64,000 nt of DNA from Escherichia coli (GTDB lineage: Bacteria; Pseudomonadota; Gammaproteobacteria; Enterobacterales; Enterobacteriaceae): NCBI RefSeq assembly GCF_044324875.1, contig NZ_CP172185.1, one strand, 5' to 3'. Numbering within the stretch: position 1 is the stretch's first letter; every line of letters begins with the position of its first letter. The position numbers and the translations under genes are program-made. Below the pieces are notes generated by a model. It was not told the DNA's origin. It was given only the letters and a program-made list of their open reading frames with translations, and ran no database searches. Of the stretch, positions 1 through 17,534 are shown piece by piece.

Positions 1-1
1 T

Positions 2-262
2 TTCGGCATTCTGGGGATCAGCGGCATCGATAGCGACGGCTCGTTGCTGGAATTCGATTACCACGAAGTTCGCACCAAACGCGCTATTATTGAGAACTCG
101 CGCCACGTTATGCTGGTTGTCGATCACTCGAAATTTGGCCGTAATGCGATGGTCAATATGGGGAGCATCAGCATGGTTGATGCTGTCTACACCGACGCCC
201 CGCCGCCAGTAAGCGTCATGCAGGTGCTGACGGACCATCATATTCAACTGGAGCTGTGCTGA
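2..262 (+). CDS. glpR: DeoR-family repressor of the glycerol-3-phosphate regulon, C-terminal fragment (5' end outside window)
   Basis: Open frame entering from window edge, ending ...VLTDHHIQLELC with stop at 260-262; recognised as GlpR C-terminus; adjacent to rtcR as in E. coli. Confidence 0.7.
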   Translation, partial: FGILGISGIDSDGSLLEFDYHEVRTKRAIIENSRHVMLVVDHSKFGRNAMVNMGSISMVDAVYTDAPPPVSVMQVLTDHHIQLELC

Positions 263-1842
263 TCCTGCAAGGCTTCCCACGTCAGACCAAAACGCGCCAG
301 GTATTTGCGTAGCCGATCCGCGTCATTGACGCTGGCTTTGCCCTGGCGCGAAACGTCAAAAAGCTGGCGTCCGGCAGCAGAAAGTGACTTTGCCTGGCGG
401 CAGATGGCTATTACGTGTTCCAGTTGCAGTCGATCAAAGAGGTCGATGTTTTCTGCCTCAGCGCCCAGCAACGCCGGAAGCGCGGAGGGGCGACTCTCCT
501 GCCAGTTATAGCGCAGACGGTTTATCTCATCTTCTACGGTTTCCAGAGTAATGCGCCCGCTATCGGCAAAGGTTGCCATCCGCGTGACGCTGGCAGAAAG
601 TTCTCGAAAGTTACCGCGCCATGTTGCCTGGGGAGATGTCGCAAAAGCCAGCCAGGCGCGCCGTGCTTCGGTGTTCAAACGCACGCTGTCGCCAGTAAGC
701 GCGGCGTGGCGCTCCACTTCATAATCCAGGTTCGGTTCGATATCTTCCTGGCGCTGGCGCAGCCCCGGCAGGGTGAAGGTCCAGAGATTAATGCGTGCGT
801 ACAGGTCTTCGCGAAATTTGCCTTCGGCAACCAGCTGGCGCAAATCGCGCACCGTTCCGGCGATCAGCTGAAAATCACTGCTCACCTGGCGATCGCTGCC
901 AAATGGGTAAAAGGTTTTCTCTTCAATGGCTTTCAGCAACATCGCCTGTTCGTCTGCGCCCAGTTCGCCAATCTCATCAAGAAATAACATCCCGCCGTTG
1001 GCGCTGCGTAATAATCCTTCCCGCGACTCCCGCGCCCCGGTAAACGCGCCTTTCACATGACCAAACAGCGTCGACATGGCGGTATCGCCACGCAGGGTGG
1101 CGCAGTTCACTTCCACAAACGCGCCGCTAAACTGATGCCGCGCCTGTTTCAATTCAAAGATGCGTCGCGCCAGAAATGACTTACCCGCCCCGGTCGGGCC
1201 GTTGAGCAGGATCGGTGCGCGGGATTTAATCGCCACTTTTTCGATCTGCTCAATCATGCGGTTGAAGTGGGGGTTACGCGTGGCAATGCCGGATTTGAGG
1301 AAATCGAGGGTTTGCTGGCGTTCCTCGGCAAAGCGGCTGGCGATGGCGTTATAACGGCTTAAATCGAGATCGATAATCGTCACTTCACCTGCGCCGCGCG
1401 GTTGTTCTTTTTTGCGCGGTGGTGAAGATTGTATCAACCGGGCGGGTAGATAACGCGCTTCTGCCAGCAGAAACCAGCAAATCTGCGCGACGTGGGTACC
1501 GGTGGTGATGTGAATTAAATAGTCTTCTTTTTCTGGCTGGAACGCGTAACCACGGGCGAAATCATGCAGGCAGGCGTAGACCTCTTCGAAATCCCACGGG
1601 TTATGCAGTTCTATCTCAACGCCCACCACTTCTGTTTCTGGCGAAACGCTGGCGATATCGCGTTTAAGCGTTTCAAATAGCGAGCGCGAGCGGGCGTCAT
1701 GCAATAATTCCAGTCGATCGATGACCAACGATTCTTGCTGGCATAAACAAAGCGTCGGACGCCATTTCGACCAGCGCTGACTGCCGCGCCCGGCATAATC
1801 CAGCACCGTTCCGACAAAACCAAAAGCCACTGTTTTACGCAT
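244..1842 (-). CDS. rtcR: sigma54-dependent transcriptional activator RtcR
   Basis: 532-aa ORF; AAA+ core with Walker A GPTGAGKS and GAFTGA sigma54-contact motif; divergent from rtcBA. Confidence 0.9.
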   Translation of the reverse strand: MRKTVAFGFVGTVLDYAGRGSQRWSKWRPTLCLCQQESLVIDRLELLHDARSRSLFETLKRDIASVSPETEVVGVEIELHNPWDFEEVYACLHDFARGYAFQPEKEDYLIHITTGTHVAQICWFLLAEARYLPARLIQSSPPRKKEQPRGAGEVTIIDLDLSRYNAIASRFAEERQQTLDFLKSGIATRNPHFNRMIEQIEKVAIKSRAPILLNGPTGAGKSFLARRIFELKQARHQFSGAFVEVNCATLRGDTAMSTLFGHVKGAFTGARESREGLLRSANGGMLFLDEIGELGADEQAMLLKAIEEKTFYPFGSDRQVSSDFQLIAGTVRDLRQLVAEGKFREDLYARINLWTFTLPGLRQRQEDIEPNLDYEVERHAALTGDSVRLNTEARRAWLAFATSPQATWRGNFRELSASVTRMATFADSGRITLETVEDEINRLRYNWQESRPSALPALLGAEAENIDLFDRLQLEHVIAICRQAKSLSAAGRQLFDVSRQGKASVNDADRLRKYLARFGLTWEALQDQHSSS

Positions 1843-1976
1843 CTCTAGATATCCTTATAAAAGACGATATTTCATTATCGGTAAATTGGCTTTGCGGGAA
1901 ATCTCCGTTTACGGACGTAAAGATTTAATCTATTAAAAACAATAAATTAAAAAATTAAGCTGCTTATTTAATTTTC

Positions 1977-1992
1977 TGGCACGACGGTTGCA
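1977..1992 (+). promoter_or_regulatory. sigma54 (-24/-12) promoter of rtcBA
   Basis: TGGCAC-N5-TTGCA exact match to the sigma54 consensus about 40 bp upstream of the rtcB ATG. Confidence 0.7.
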
Positions 1993-2030
1993 ATTATCAG
2001 GACAGCAAACAACGAAAAGAGAAAAACAAA

Positions 2031-3257
2031 ATGAATTACGAATTACTGACCACTGAAAATGCCCCGGTAAAAATGTGGACCAAAGGCGTGCCGGTAGAGG
2101 CCGATGCGCGTCAGCAACTTATTAATACGGCGAAGATGCCGTTTATTTTCAAACATATTGCGGTAATGCCTGATGTACACCTGGGTAAAGGTTCCACCAT
2201 TGGTAGCGTGATCCCAACCAAAGGGGCGATTATTCCGGCGGCGGTGGGCGTGGATATCGGTTGTGGAATGAACGCGCTGCGTACCGCGTTAACGGCGGCA
2301 GACCTGCCGGAAAACCTGGCGGAGCTGCGTCAGGCAATTGAAACTGCCGTGCCGCACGGGCGTACTACCGGGCGTTGTAAACGTGATAAAGGCGCATGGG
2401 AAAACCCGCCTGTTAACGTCGATGCGAAATGGGCTGAGCTTGAAGCCGGTTATCAGTGGTTAACGCAAAAATATCCCCGTTTCCTTAACACTAACAACTA
2501 TAAACACCTGGGAACGCTGGGAACGGGTAACCACTTTATTGAAATCTGCCTTGATGAGTCGGACCAGGTGTGGATTATGCTGCACTCCGGTTCACGCGGA
2601 ATCGGTAATGCCATCGGAACTTACTTTATCGATCTGGCGCAAAAAGAGATGCAGGAAACGCTTGAAACATTGCCGTCGCGTGATCTGGCGTACTTTATGG
2701 AAGGTACGGAATACTTTGATGATTACCTGAAAGCCGTGGCCTGGGCGCAGCTTTTTGCCAGCCTTAACCGCGATGCGATGATGGAAAACGTGGTAACGGC
2801 GTTGCAGAGCATTACGCAGAAAACGGTCAGACAGCCACAAACGCTGGCGATGGAAGAGATCAACTGTCACCACAACTATGTGCAAAAAGAACAGCACTTT
2901 GGTGAAGAGATCTACGTGACGCGTAAAGGCGCGGTGTCTGCGCGTGCTGGTCAATATGGAATTATTCCCGGTTCGATGGGGGCGAAGAGCTTTATCGTCC
3001 GTGGGCTGGGAAATGAAGAGTCGTTCTGTTCGTGCAGCCACGGTGCCGGGCGGGTTATGAGCCGTACTAAAGCGAAAAAAATGTTCAGCGTGGAAGATCA
3101 AATTCGTGCCACCGCGCATGTGGAATGCCGTAAAGATGCCGAAGTGATCGACGAAATCCCGATGGCGTATAAAGATATTGATGCGGTGATGGCGGCACAA
3201 AGCGATCTGGTGGAAGTTATCTATACCCTGCGTCAGGTGGTGTGCGTAAAAGGATAA
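2031..3257 (+). CDS. rtcB: RNA-splicing ligase RtcB
   Basis: 408-aa ORF recognised as RtcB family; immediately followed by rtcA. Confidence 0.95.
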   Translation: MNYELLTTENAPVKMWTKGVPVEADARQQLINTAKMPFIFKHIAVMPDVHLGKGSTIGSVIPTKGAIIPAAVGVDIGCGMNALRTALTAADLPENLAELRQAIETAVPHGRTTGRCKRDKGAWENPPVNVDAKWAELEAGYQWLTQKYPRFLNTNNYKHLGTLGTGNHFIEICLDESDQVWIMLHSGSRGIGNAIGTYFIDLAQKEMQETLETLPSRDLAYFMEGTEYFDDYLKAVAWAQLFASLNRDAMMENVVTALQSITQKTVRQPQTLAMEEINCHHNYVQKEQHFGEEIYVTRKGAVSARAGQYGIIPGSMGAKSFIVRGLGNEESFCSCSHGAGRVMSRTKAKKMFSVEDQIRATAHVECRKDAEVIDEIPMAYKDIDAVMAAQSDLVEVIYTLRQVVCVKG

Positions 3258-4277
<1,020 letters not shown>

Positions 4278-4290
4278 TATAAAGATGTAA

Positions 4291-4314
4291 GCCGGATCCG
4301 ACGTATTATCCGGC
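4291..4314. terminator. hairpin between convergent rtcA and malT (candidate bidirectional terminator)
   Basis: gccggat-N10-atccggc inverted repeat in the 42-bp gap between two convergent stops. Confidence 0.35.
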
Positions 4315-4319
4315 TAAAC

Positions 4320-7031
<2,712 letters not shown>

Positions 7032-7533
7032 TCACTTCACTGTGGAAAATGAGGAAATATTATTTTTTTTGCGCTTCGTAATTAATGGTTATAAGGTCGG
7101 CCAGAAACCTTTCTAATGCAAGCGATGACGTTTTTTTATGTGTCTGAATTTGCACTCTGTCACAATTCCAAATCTTTATTAATGACTCACCTAAAACGAC
7201 GCTGATACAGCGTGAATGCTGGGTTGTACGGTATTTCCCTTATGTTCATCAGATTCATTTAAGCAAGGGTTTCTTCTTCATTCCTGATGAAAGTGCTATC
7301 TAAAAAGATGATCTTAATAAATCTATTAAGAATGAGATGGAGCACACTGGATATTTTACTTATGAAACTGTTTCACTCCTTTACTTAATTTATAGAGTTA
7401 CCTTCCGCTTTTTGAAAATACGCAACGGCCATTTTTTGCACTTAGATACAGATTTTCTGCGCTGTATGGCATTGATTTGCTGCTAATCCTGTGGTTTGCA
7501 CTAGCTTTAAGTGGTCGAGATCACATTTCCTTG

Positions 7534-7578
7534 CTCATCCCCGCAACTCCTCCCTGCCTAATCCCCCGCAGGATGAGG
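7534..7578 (+). promoter_or_regulatory. candidate MalT boxes in the malPQ promoter
   Basis: GGATGAGG at 7571-7578 and inverted ctcatcccc at 7534-7542, resembling the MalT box consensus, about 70-110 bp upstream of malP ATG. Confidence 0.45.
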
Positions 7579-7623
7579 AAGGTCAACATCGAGCCTGGCA
7601 AACTAGCGATAACGTTGTGTTGA

Positions 7624-10041
<2,418 letters not shown>

Positions 10042-10050
10042 GGAAGCTCG

Positions 10051-12132
10051 ATGGAAAGCAAACGTCTGGATAATGCCGCGCTGGCGGCGGGGATTAGCCC
10101 CAATTACATCAATGCCCACGGTAAACCGCAGTCGATTAGCGCCGAAACCAAACGGCGTTTGCTTGACGCGATGCATCAACGTACCGCCACGAAAGTGGCG
10201 GTAACGCCAGTCCCGAATGTCATGGTTTATACCAGCGGCAAAAAAATGCCGATGGTGGTGGAGGGCTGCGGCGAATATAGCTGGCTGCTGACCACCGAAG
10301 AAGGAACGCAGTACAAAGGCCATGTAACGGGGGGCAAAGCGTTCAATCTACCGACGAAGCTACCGGAAGGTTATCACACGCTGACACTCACCCAGGACGA
10401 CCAGCGCGCGCATTGCCGGGTGATTGTCGCCCCGAAACGCTGTTACGAACCGCAGGCGTTGCTGAACAAACAAAAGCTGTGGGGTGCCTGCGTTCAGCTT
10501 TATACGCTGCGATCGGAAAAAAACTGGGGTATTGGGGATTTTGGCGATCTCAAAGCGATGCTGGTGGATGTGGCAAAACGTGGCGGGTCGTTCATCGGTC
10601 TGAACCCGATTCATGCCCTCTATCCGGCAAATCCGGAAAGTGCCAGCCCATACAGCCCGTCTTCTCGCCGTTGGCTGAATGTGATTTATATCGACGTTAA
10701 CGCCGTCGAAGATTTCCATCTTAGCGAAGAGGCTCAGGCCTGGTGGAAGTTGCCGACCACGCAACAGACGCTGCAACAGGCGCGGGATGCCGACTGGGTC
10801 GATTACTCCACGGTTACCGCCCTAAAAATGACAGCATTACGAATGGCGTGGAAAGGTTTCGCGCAACGTGATGATGAACAGATGGCCGCGTTTCGCCAGT
10901 TTGTTGCAGAGCAAGGCGACAGCCTGTTCTGGCAGGCGGCGTTTGACGCACTACATGCCCAGCAAGTGAAAGAGGACGAAATGCGCTGGGGCTGGCCTGC
11001 ATGGCCAGAGATGTATCAGAACGTGGATTCACCAGAAGTGCGCCAGTTCTGCGAAGAACATCGTGATGACGTCGATTTTTATCTCTGGTTGCAGTGGCTG
11101 GCTTACAGCCAGTTTGCCGACTGCTGGGAGATAAGCCAGGGCTATGAAATGCCGATTGGCTTGTATCGTGACCTGGCCGTTGGTGTAGCAGAGGGTGGAG
11201 CAGAAACCTGGTGCGACCGGGAGTTGTATTGCCTGAAAGCGTCGGTTGGCGCGCCGCCGGATATCCTCGGCCCGTTGGGGCAGAACTGGGGATTGCCGCC
11301 AATGGACCCGCATATTATCACCGCGCGTGCCTATGAACCGTTTATCGAGCTGTTGCGTGCCAATATGCAAAACTGCGGCGCATTACGAATTGACCATGTG
11401 ATGTCGATGCTGCGTTTGTGGTGGATACCGTATGGCGAGACGGCGGATCAGGGCGCGTATGTACACTATCCGGTGGATGATCTGCTCTCGATTCTGGCAC
11501 TCGAAAGTAAACGTCATCGCTGCATGGTGATTGGTGAAGATCTCGGCACGGTACCGGTAGAGATTGTCGGTAAGCTGCGCAGCAGTGGTGTGTACTCCTA
11601 CAAAGTGCTCTATTTCGAAAACGACCACGAGAAGACGTTCCGTGCACCGAAAGCGTATCCGGAGCAGTCGATGGCGGTTGCGGCGACACACGACCTGCCA
11701 ACGCTGCGTGGTTACTGGGAGAGCGGGGATCTAACGCTGGGTAAAACCCTGGGGTTGTATCCGGATGAAGTGGTACTGCGCGGTCTGTATCAGGATCGCG
11801 AACTGGCGAAGCAAGGACTACTGGATGCTCTGCATAAATATGGTTGTCTGCCAAAACGTGCCGGGCATAAGGCATCGTTGATGTCCATGACTCCGACGCT
11901 GAATCGTGGCTTACAGCGCTACATCGCCGATAGCAACAGCGCCCTGTTAGGACTACAGCCAGAAGACTGGCTGGATATGGCGGACCCGGTAAATATTCCC
12001 GGCACCAGTTACCAGTATAAAAACTGGCGGCGCAAGCTCTCCGCAACGCTTGAGGCGATGTTTGCCGATGATGGCGTGAACAAGTTGCTGAAGGATTTGG
12101 ACAGACGGCGCAGAGCGGCAGCGAAGAAGTAG
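10051..12132 (+). CDS. malQ: 4-alpha-glucanotransferase (amylomaltase)
   Basis: 693-aa ORF 10 bp downstream of malP; recognised MalQ. Confidence 0.95.
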   Translation: MESKRLDNAALAAGISPNYINAHGKPQSISAETKRRLLDAMHQRTATKVAVTPVPNVMVYTSGKKMPMVVEGCGEYSWLLTTEEGTQYKGHVTGGKAFNLPTKLPEGYHTLTLTQDDQRAHCRVIVAPKRCYEPQALLNKQKLWGACVQLYTLRSEKNWGIGDFGDLKAMLVDVAKRGGSFIGLNPIHALYPANPESASPYSPSSRRWLNVIYIDVNAVEDFHLSEEAQAWWKLPTTQQTLQQARDADWVDYSTVTALKMTALRMAWKGFAQRDDEQMAAFRQFVAEQGDSLFWQAAFDALHAQQVKEDEMRWGWPAWPEMYQNVDSPEVRQFCEEHRDDVDFYLWLQWLAYSQFADCWEISQGYEMPIGLYRDLAVGVAEGGAETWCDRELYCLKASVGAPPDILGPLGQNWGLPPMDPHIITARAYEPFIELLRANMQNCGALRIDHVMSMLRLWWIPYGETADQGAYVHYPVDDLLSILALESKRHRCMVIGEDLGTVPVEIVGKLRSSGVYSYKVLYFENDHEKTFRAPKAYPEQSMAVAATHDLPTLRGYWESGDLTLGKTLGLYPDEVVLRGLYQDRELAKQGLLDALHKYGCLPKRAGHKASLMSMTPTLNRGLQRYIADSNSALLGLQPEDWLDMADPVNIPGTSYQYKNWRRKLSATLEAMFADDGVNKLLKDLDRRRRAAAKK

Positions 12133-12147
12133 TAGGGTGCGGTTGAT

Positions 12148-12168
12148 GCCGGATGCGATGCATCCGGC
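12148..12168. repeat. REP-type palindromic unit between convergent malQ and gntT
   Basis: gccggatgcgatgcatccggc hairpin. Confidence 0.55.
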
Positions 12169-12179
12169 AGTCAGTGTTA

Positions 12180-13496
12180 TCAAATCACCATATTCAGCAG
12201 CAGACAGCCTACCAGACCGCACACCGAGATAATGGTTTCCAGCATCGACCAGGATTTGATGGTCTCGCCGATAGTCAGGTTAAAGTACTCTTTGAACAGC
12301 CAGAAGCCCGGATCGTTCACGTGAGAGAAAATCACACTACCGGAACCAACCGCAATAACCATCAGCTCCGGGCTAACACCCGTCGTTGCAATCAGCGGTG
12401 CCGCGATACCACCCGCAGTGATTGCCGCAACGGTTGCGGAACCCAGCGCGATACGCAGTACGGCAGCAATCGACCAGGCCATCAGCAGCGGAGAAATGTT
12501 GGTTTCGTGCATCATGGAAGCAATGTATTTGTCCACGCCGCTGTCTACCAGCACCTGCTTGAACGCACCGCCACCACCGATAATCAACAGCATCATCGCA
12601 ATGATTTTGATGGAAGAAACCAGCGTGTCGTTAATCTGATCCATTGAACGACCACGGTTCAGACCAAAGGTGAACATCGCAATCAGTACGGCAATCAGCG
12701 TTGCCATTACCGGGTCACCGAGGAACTCCGCTACCGGCAGGAAAGCGTGACCTTTCGGCAGGATCATTTCGGCAATCGCACGCATCGCCATCAGCACTAC
12801 CGGCACCAGAGAGGTCCAGACGCTGACGCCAAAGCTCGGCATCTCTTCTTCGCTGAAGGTTTTCGCGCTGTACAGACCTTCCGGGATCGGCTTATCGATA
12901 CCTTTCAGCACGCGAGCGTAAACCGGACCGGCGAGAATCACGGTCGGGATTGCCAGAATAGTACCGTACAGCAGGGTTTTACCCATATCGGCATTGAAAA
13001 TGGTGGCAATCGCAGTCGGACCCGGATGCGGTGGCAGGAAGCCGTGGGTCACAGACAGTGCAGCCGCCATTGGTACACCAACATACAGCAGTGGAATATT
13101 CGCGGAAGCCGCGATGGTAAACACCAGCGGCAGCATCAGCACGAAACCCACTTCATAGAACAGGGCAAAACCAACGGTAAAACCGGTCAGTACCACCGCC
13201 CACTGGATGTGTTTTTTACCAAATTTAGCAATCAGCGTGGTGGCGATACGTTGTGCGCCACCACAGTCTGCCAGCATTTTGCCCAGCATTGCGCCAAAAC
13301 CCATGATCAGGGCAAGGCTACCGAGCGTTCCGCCGACACCGGCTTTGATGGAGCCAATAACTTTATCCAGCGGCATTCCTTGCATTAATCCAACAGCAAG
13401 CGCCACGAGGACGAGAGCGATGAAGCCGTTCATTTTGAAACGGATCATCAGGAGCAACAACAAGATTACACCGATAGCAACAATGACTAATGGCAT
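12180..13496 (-). CDS. gntT: high-affinity gluconate:H+ symporter
   Basis: 438-aa polytopic membrane ORF of the GntP family, recognised as GntT. Confidence 0.9.
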   Translation of the reverse strand: MPLVIVAIGVILLLLLMIRFKMNGFIALVLVALAVGLMQGMPLDKVIGSIKAGVGGTLGSLALIMGFGAMLGKMLADCGGAQRIATTLIAKFGKKHIQWAVVLTGFTVGFALFYEVGFVLMLPLVFTIAASANIPLLYVGVPMAAALSVTHGFLPPHPGPTAIATIFNADMGKTLLYGTILAIPTVILAGPVYARVLKGIDKPIPEGLYSAKTFSEEEMPSFGVSVWTSLVPVVLMAMRAIAEMILPKGHAFLPVAEFLGDPVMATLIAVLIAMFTFGLNRGRSMDQINDTLVSSIKIIAMMLLIIGGGGAFKQVLVDSGVDKYIASMMHETNISPLLMAWSIAAVLRIALGSATVAAITAGGIAAPLIATTGVSPELMVIAVGSGSVIFSHVNDPGFWLFKEYFNLTIGETIKSWSMLETIISVCGLVGCLLLNMVI

Positions 13497-13656
13497 GATT
13501 TACCTGGCCTTTCATTTGTTATGGGTAACGTCAATTTTCTGACGACAAACTCTAATTATCCCAATCGGGAACAGAGATATTGCGGCACCACGACTGATAC
13601 CCACTAAAACTAATTATTGTAGTCAGATGTCAGGAGTATGTTTGGTACCCACGTGA

Positions 13657-13672
13657 ATGATACGGGTAACAT
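13657..13672. promoter_or_regulatory. candidate GntR-type operator upstream of gntT
   Basis: Imperfect palindrome atgatacgggtaacat (12 of 16 positions symmetric) about 160 bp upstream of gntT start. Confidence 0.25.
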
Positions 13673-13797
13673 CCGGCGTTTGAGAATCACCAGAGCGGGG
13701 TAAATTTAAATTATGAGAGGTTGGTCATATTATCGCGGGGAAACGAAGGGAGGGATTTGCCAAAGCAATGCTGCGCCAACGTCTGGCTCATGTTCAA

Positions 13798-13856
<59 letters not shown>

Positions 13857-14432
13857 TTAGTAGTAGGAGTGCTCGCCGCGCTGGTGTTCGGTGAGATCGC
13901 GCACACCTTTCAGCTCCGGGAATTCGTTCAGCAGCTGCTTCTCGATCCCTTCTTTCAGCGTCACATCTACCATAGAACAACCGTTACAGCCGCCGCCAAA
14001 TTGCAGAATGGCGTAACCGTCTTCGGTGATTTCCATCAGCGAAACGCGACCACCGTGACCAGCAAGCTGTGGGTTGATCTGCGACTGCAGCATATACTCC
14101 ACGCGCTCCATCAGCGGTGCATCGTCTGCGACTTTACGCATTTTGGCGTTAGGCGCTTTCAGCGTTAACTGGGAACCCAACTGGTCTGTAACAAAGTCGA
14201 TCTCTGCATCTTCCAGGTAAGGAGCGCTTAACTCATCAACATACGCGGTCAGCAGGTCAAATTTCAGGGCAGTGTCGGTGGCTTCCACAGCGTCCGGCGG
14301 ACAATAAGAAACGCCACATTCAGCGTTAGGCGTGCCAGGGTTAATCACAAATACGCGGATTTGTGTCCCTTCTTCCTGATTTGCCAGCAGTTTGGCAAAG
14401 TGCGCTTGTGCAGCATCGGAAATACGGATCAT
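13857..14432 (-). CDS. nfuA: Fe-S cluster carrier protein NfuA
   Basis: 191-aa ORF; C-terminal Nfu domain with CNGC motif (GGGCNGCSM). Confidence 0.9.
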
Positions 14433-14490
14433 AGTAATGGCCTAATAGTTGACTATTTTAGTTGGTTATAATACGCCCATCATCGAGGCT

Positions 14491-15982
<1,492 letters not shown>

Positions 15983-16010
15983 GCAGCTTTTGAAATGGCG
16001 AGACAGAATT

Positions 16011-16184
16011 TTACTGACTCGCCGCAGCCAACTCTTCTTCTGACACCCCGGTAAAACGCATGATGTCCGCAAGAGGGACTCCGGATTACAGCATTCTTTT
16101 GGCGATATCCGGGGCTTCCAGGCGTCGATCCAATAAATAACCAATCAGGTAACTAATAAGATATTCTCTTTCTGCATCTGTCAT
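16011..16184 (-). pseudogene. degenerate duplicate of the rpnA C-terminal (RpnS-like) module with an in-frame stop
   Basis: Minus-strand translation MTDAEREYLISYLIGYLLDRRLEAPDIAKRML-stop-SGVPLADIMRFTGVSEEELAAASQ aligns with the rpnA C-terminus MTIAERL...[32 protein letters not shown]; nucleotide similarity visible by eye. Confidence 0.5.
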
Positions 16185-16201
16185 TAAAACCATCCTTTAC
16201 G

Positions 16202-16366
16202 TTATTGATGATTTATTTCAGCAAGGTCTTCAACCGTCAGGCTGGTAAATCGCAGAACGTCCTCAAGAGAGACTCCGGCATCCAGCATGGTTTTGGCAAT
16301 ATTTAGGGCGTTGGTACGTATACCTTTCTGAAACCCCTCTTGCCGCAATCTTTCCGCAATAGTCAT
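16202..16366 (-). CDS. candidate in-frame internal small protein (RpnS-like, 54 aa) nested in the 3' end of rpnA
   Basis: Internal ATG ([11 protein letters not shown]...) preceded by AAGGAGAG 6 nt upstream on the coding strand; same frame and stop as rpnA. Confidence 0.45.
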   Translation of the reverse strand: MTIAERLRQEGFQKGIRTNALNIAKTMLDAGVSLEDVLRFTSLTVEDLAEINHQ

Positions 16367-17095
16367 TAAACTCTCCTTGTGTTTCGGTGAACGTTCGGCA
16401 ACACCGTCGATAAAATCGTTAAAACGTACCGCATCGCCAGTTTGCAGTATGTAATTAAACAGCCCTTTGATTTGTCTGTCATTAGCGTATCCACTACTTA
16501 ATAAGCAGGCCATTTGCTCTACCAGCCCCATCAGGTCGCGTTGACGAATATGTTTTTGAATTAACTCCAGTAGTGCCATACGTCGGTGCTGCATGATTTC
16601 ATCATCAGGCATGACGGTGACATCAATCAGCGGAAATGCAGAGGCATAAAGCTGCCTTGCCAGGTTGGGATCGGCGAAACAATCAAGCCAACACAGCGAA
16701 TAGGGATAGGGGCTTTCAATACCGTGGTAAAACAACAATGGCACCACCATCGGCAAGGTTTTGTATCCGGCATCCAGGTGATTTTGCATTGCGGCAATGG
16801 CGTAGCGCATCATGCGAAATGCGATCAGTTTGTTTGAGGTGCTTTGATGTTCAATCAGACAATAGATGTATCCTGGTCCTTGTTCCGTTTTCACCGACCA
16901 CAGCACGTCGGAATAGCTTTCACGCAGATCGTCATCAATAAAGCTGCTCGACTCCAGCTTGAGGGTTTTCATATCACAGAGCGCGTGAATAGGTGCCGGT
17001 AAATGGAACGCAAGAAAATCGCGCGCCGTCTCCGGTTGGCGTAAAAAGAGTTTGAACAGCGCATCGTGTGGGGTGGAACTCTGCTTTTTGCTCAT
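16202..17095 (-). CDS. rpnA: Rpn-family recombination-promoting nuclease (transposase_31 / PD-(D/E)XK-like)
   Basis: 297-aa ORF recognised as YhgA/RpnA. Confidence 0.85.
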   Translation of the reverse strand: MSKKQSSTPHDALFKLFLRQPETARDFLAFHLPAPIHALCDMKTLKLESSSFIDDDLRESYSDVLWSVKTEQGPGYIYCLIEHQSTSNKLIAFRMMRYAIAAMQNHLDAGYKTLPMVVPLLFYHGIESPYPYSLCWLDCFADPNLARQLYASAFPLIDVTVMPDDEIMQHRRMALLELIQKHIRQRDLMGLVEQMACLLSSGYANDRQIKGLFNYILQTGDAVRFNDFIDGVAERSPKHKESLMTIAERLRQEGFQKGIRTNALNIAKTMLDAGVSLEDVLRFTSLTVEDLAEINHQ

Positions 17096-17240
17096 GGCGT
17101 TCCTTCACCTGTTGTTTGAATGCCGCGACTCTACGCGCCACTCCACACCTGTGCATTAGCGAGTTTTCATCCCTGCGAGACGCTTTCAGAGGAACTTGCG
17201 CCGTGCTGCAAGGGTTACATTTTTATGGAAAGTCGCACGC

Positions 17241-17276
17241 AAAAAAGCCCGGATGCAAACGCATACCGGGCTTTTC
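17241..17276 (-). terminator. rho-independent terminator downstream of feoC
   Basis: gcccgg...ccgggc stem followed by T-run on the minus strand, just after the feoC stop. Confidence 0.55.
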
Positions 17277-17297
17277 AAAACAGGTGATGGAGTATGG

Positions 17298-17534
17298 TTA
17301 ACGCAGCGCCCACCACTCGCGCAGGCAGGCTTTGCCTTCCGGGCAGCTTTTACAATTGCCAGAGAGGCAGCCGTCAGGTTCTTCCCGAATCCGCACGGCT
17401 TTGCCCATGCTTTCCAGCTGTTGCAGCATGGCGTTAATCATTGGCTGCGGGGTGTTCAATGTCTGGCTTATCTGGGCCGCTTCCATACGGCCCCGTAACG
17501 CCAGCAAATCACGCACCTGAATAAGTGAAGCCAT
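17298..17534 (-). CDS. feoC: ferrous iron transport protein FeoC
   Basis: 78-aa frame starting [11 protein letters not shown], overlapping feoB stop by 1 nt. Confidence 0.85.
   Translation of the reverse strand: MASLIQVRDLLALRGRMEAAQISQTLNTPQPMINAMLQQLESMGKAVRIREEPDGCLSGNCKSCPEGKACLREWWALR

Noticed and set aside
11342-12163. 273-aa minus-strand ORF inside malQ
   Set aside because: Antisense shadow ORF with Pro/Ser/Arg-rich low-complexity translation; no RBS context.
12153-12647. 164-aa plus-strand ORF overlapping gntT
   Set aside because: Antisense to gntT; His/Arg/Gln/Asn-rich translation with no membrane or domain features.
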